In this document: one piece after another, positions 9,244-10,597 of the stretch
Position numbering within the stretch: position 1 is the stretch's first letter
How the letters are laid out: every line of letters starts with the position of its first letter
Assembly (NCBI RefSeq): GCF_018420025.1
Contig: NZ_JAEDAM010000036.1
Span: forward strand, 1-10,597
Length of the DNA stretch: 10,597 bases
Source of the DNA: Candidatus Vampirococcus lugosii
GTDB lineage: Bacteria > Patescibacteriota > Gracilibacteria > Absconditabacterales > Absconditicoccaceae
Reading direction: 5' to 3'
The notes under the pieces: model-generated
Seen by the model: the letters and a program-made list of their open reading frames with translations, nothing else
Databases searched by the model: none
Told to the model about the DNA's origin: nothing
Program-made: the position numbers and the translations under genes

Positions 9244-10597
9244 TTATAAAGAATTATTTATAATATTTAATTCTTCAATTTTTTCTTTTTGATATTTTAG
9301 TTGTCTATATAAATCATCTAAATCTTGATTACAATTATATTTATTTTCTTCACACCATTGTATATCAGCTTTTAAAATATCTACCATTCTTTTGGCATCT
9401 TTTAGTTTTTGTTCATCATTACGATTATCTTTTCAAGATACAAAATCAATAATTTTTCAAACTTTTTTACCTACATCTTTTGATATTTTTTCAATTCATT
9501 TATCTATATTTAATAATTTTCAAGGTCTTAAATTTTTTAGTTTATTTCAAAATTTTTCAATTTGTAATGATAGCTTGGGAGATATTTTGTATACCATATT
9601 ACTAACATTTGACACCATAGTTCAAACAGTATCAATAGTTTTATCTACTGGATTATTTTTTAAAAGTTCATTTGCAATTCCATTTAGATATCAAGTAACT
9701 TTTGCTTGTACTTGTGACATACCTTTATTTTCATAATTTTTTATTTTATCTTTTATAGTTTGAATTTTTTGATAAGTGTTAAAAACTTTCAATAATTTTG
9801 ATCAATTTTTTGTTTTTTTGAGATGATTTTTTATACTTTCTTCATTAAGATATTTATTTTTTATAAATTGTTCAGGTTTATCTATAATATTTTTTATTTT
9901 TATAATTTTTTCAATTTCATCTTTATTTTTTGATTTTAAATTTTTAATAAATTCTTGTTGTTTTTTATTTTTGTATTCATCAGCTTTTTTTCTTACAAAT
10001 TCTTCTGGATCATCTTGAAATTTTTTATAATCATCATATATTAATGACCAGTATTTTTCCTTTCTTTTTAAATCATTATTTTTTGATTTTAAATTTTTAA
10101 TAAATTCTTGTTGTTTTTTATTTTTGTATTCATCAGCTTTTTTTCTTACAAATCCTTCTGGATCATCTTGAAATTTTTTATAATCATCATATATTAATGA
10201 CCAGTATTTTTTCTTTCTTTTTAAATCATTATTTATTTCTTTTAATTCATTTGAATATTTTCTCAAATCATTTTTAATTTCATTTATATTGTTCTTTCAA
10301 CTTTTAATAATTTTAAAAAGTCAATTAGAATTTTGAAAAACATTTTTAATTTTTTCTTCATTATCCAATATTTCTTCTATTTTTAAAGTTCAAGTATTTA
10401 TTTTTTTTATAATTGAATCTATATCTTTGATACCATCATCAACTTTATTAAAAATATTGTCCAATTCATTATTTGCATTATTTTCATTATTTTCATTATT
10501 TTCATTATTTTCATTATTTTCATTATTTTCATTATTTTCATTATTTTCATTATTTTCATTATTTTCATTATTTTCATTATTTTCATTATTTTCATTA
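9244..10597 (-). CDS. K/N/E-rich repeat-containing coiled-coil protein (hypothetical; N-terminus beyond the right edge)
   Basis: TAA 9246-9244. The frame is open from 9247 to 10597 with TGA as sense, checked codon by codon outside the track ORF 9802..10266 that it extends in both directions. It reads (NNE)n-NNANNELDNIFNKVDDGIKDIDS…, then two 51-aa repeats NNDLKRK(K/E)KYWSLIYDDYKKFQDDPE(G/E)FVRKKADEYKNKKQQEFIKNLKSK, then …VTGYLNGIANELLKNNPVDKTIDTVGTMVSNVSNMVYKISPKL…QWCEENKYNCNQDLDDLYRQLKYQKEKIEELNIINNSL. I recognised no known domain. Confidence 0.7.
9923..10234. repeat. Tandem duplication, 2 x 153 bp (51 codons), inside the repeat protein gene
   Basis: Position-by-position alignment of 9923-10075 against 10076-10228 (offset 153) gives only two mismatches: 10001 t vs 10154 c, and 10059 c vs 10212 t. 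Homology continues a few bases, to 10234. Confidence 0.9.
10465..10597. repeat. 9-bp coding microsatellite (ttcattatt)n, about 14.8 units, truncated by the window end
   Basis: Units start at 10465, 10474, 10483 and so on. Only the second unit differs (tgcattatt). It is in frame with the 9244..10597 gene and encodes (Asn-Asn-Glu)n on the minus strand. Confidence 0.95.

Noticed and set aside
9392-9736. Track ORF, + strand, 114 aa (MASFSFCSSLRLSF…)
   Set aside because: It lies antisense to the open table-25 frame of the repeat protein. Its F/S/L-rich composition is typical of a shadow ORF.
1-10597. TGA=Trp (table 4, Mycoplasma/Spiroplasma-like), suggested by the low G+C and the frequent in-frame TGA
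   Set aside because: It would turn GPRRVGKT into WPRRVWKT, GGSIRD into WWSIRD, and CPNCG into CPNCW, among others. TGA consistently sits on invariant Gly, while Trp positions use TGG.
1-10597. A decayed, pseudogenised region in the standard code
   Set aside because: Only TGA interrupts the frames, never TAA/TAG. There are no frameshifts, all catalytic motifs are intact, and the interruptions coincide with conserved glycines.
1-10597. Selenocysteine (or programmed read-through) at the TGA codons
   Set aside because: There are dozens of TGA per gene, including tandem TGA-TGA. They fall at glycine rather than Cys/Sec positions, and SECIS-like structure is not plausible at this density.
10465-10597. 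CRISPR array, considered because of the regular short repeats
   Set aside because: The units are 9 bp and directly abutting with no spacers. They lie in frame inside a coding sequence, so this is a microsatellite.

Overview
Very AT-rich bacterial window (about 20-28% G+C, hand-counted on two sample lines). It only makes sense if TGA is read as glycine (NCBI table 25, the code known from Gracilibacteria/BD1-5 and Absconditabacteria/SR1). Under the standard code only short ORF fragments appear, which is what the supplied track shows. With TAA/TAG as the only stops, eight long genes cover most of the window, seven of them on the minus strand. They are: a DUF4143-type AAA+ ATPase (partial); a GT4 glycosyltransferase; a 395-aa membrane/coiled-coil protein ending in a double zinc ribbon; a soluble PAS-MCP-CZB chemoreceptor-like sensor; a 107-aa membrane protein with a zinc ribbon; a membrane-anchored alpha/beta hydrolase; a 572-aa CCA-adding enzyme with an insertion of about 75 extra residues; and a partial K/N/E-rich repeat protein. 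The repeat protein carries a 2 x 153-bp tandem duplication and a 9-bp coding microsatellite that runs off the right edge. TGA falls repeatedly on invariant glycines: Walker A GxxxxGKT, GGxxRD and DPxGG of the nucleotidyltransferase, HGxxG of the hydrolase, CxxCG zinc knuckles, the MCP hairpin tip and the CZB C-x-L-G-K motif. Tryptophan uses TGG. I saw no rRNA, tRNA, CRISPR array or mobile element. No start codon has a Shine-Dalgarno motif. All translations were done by hand; no homology search was possible.
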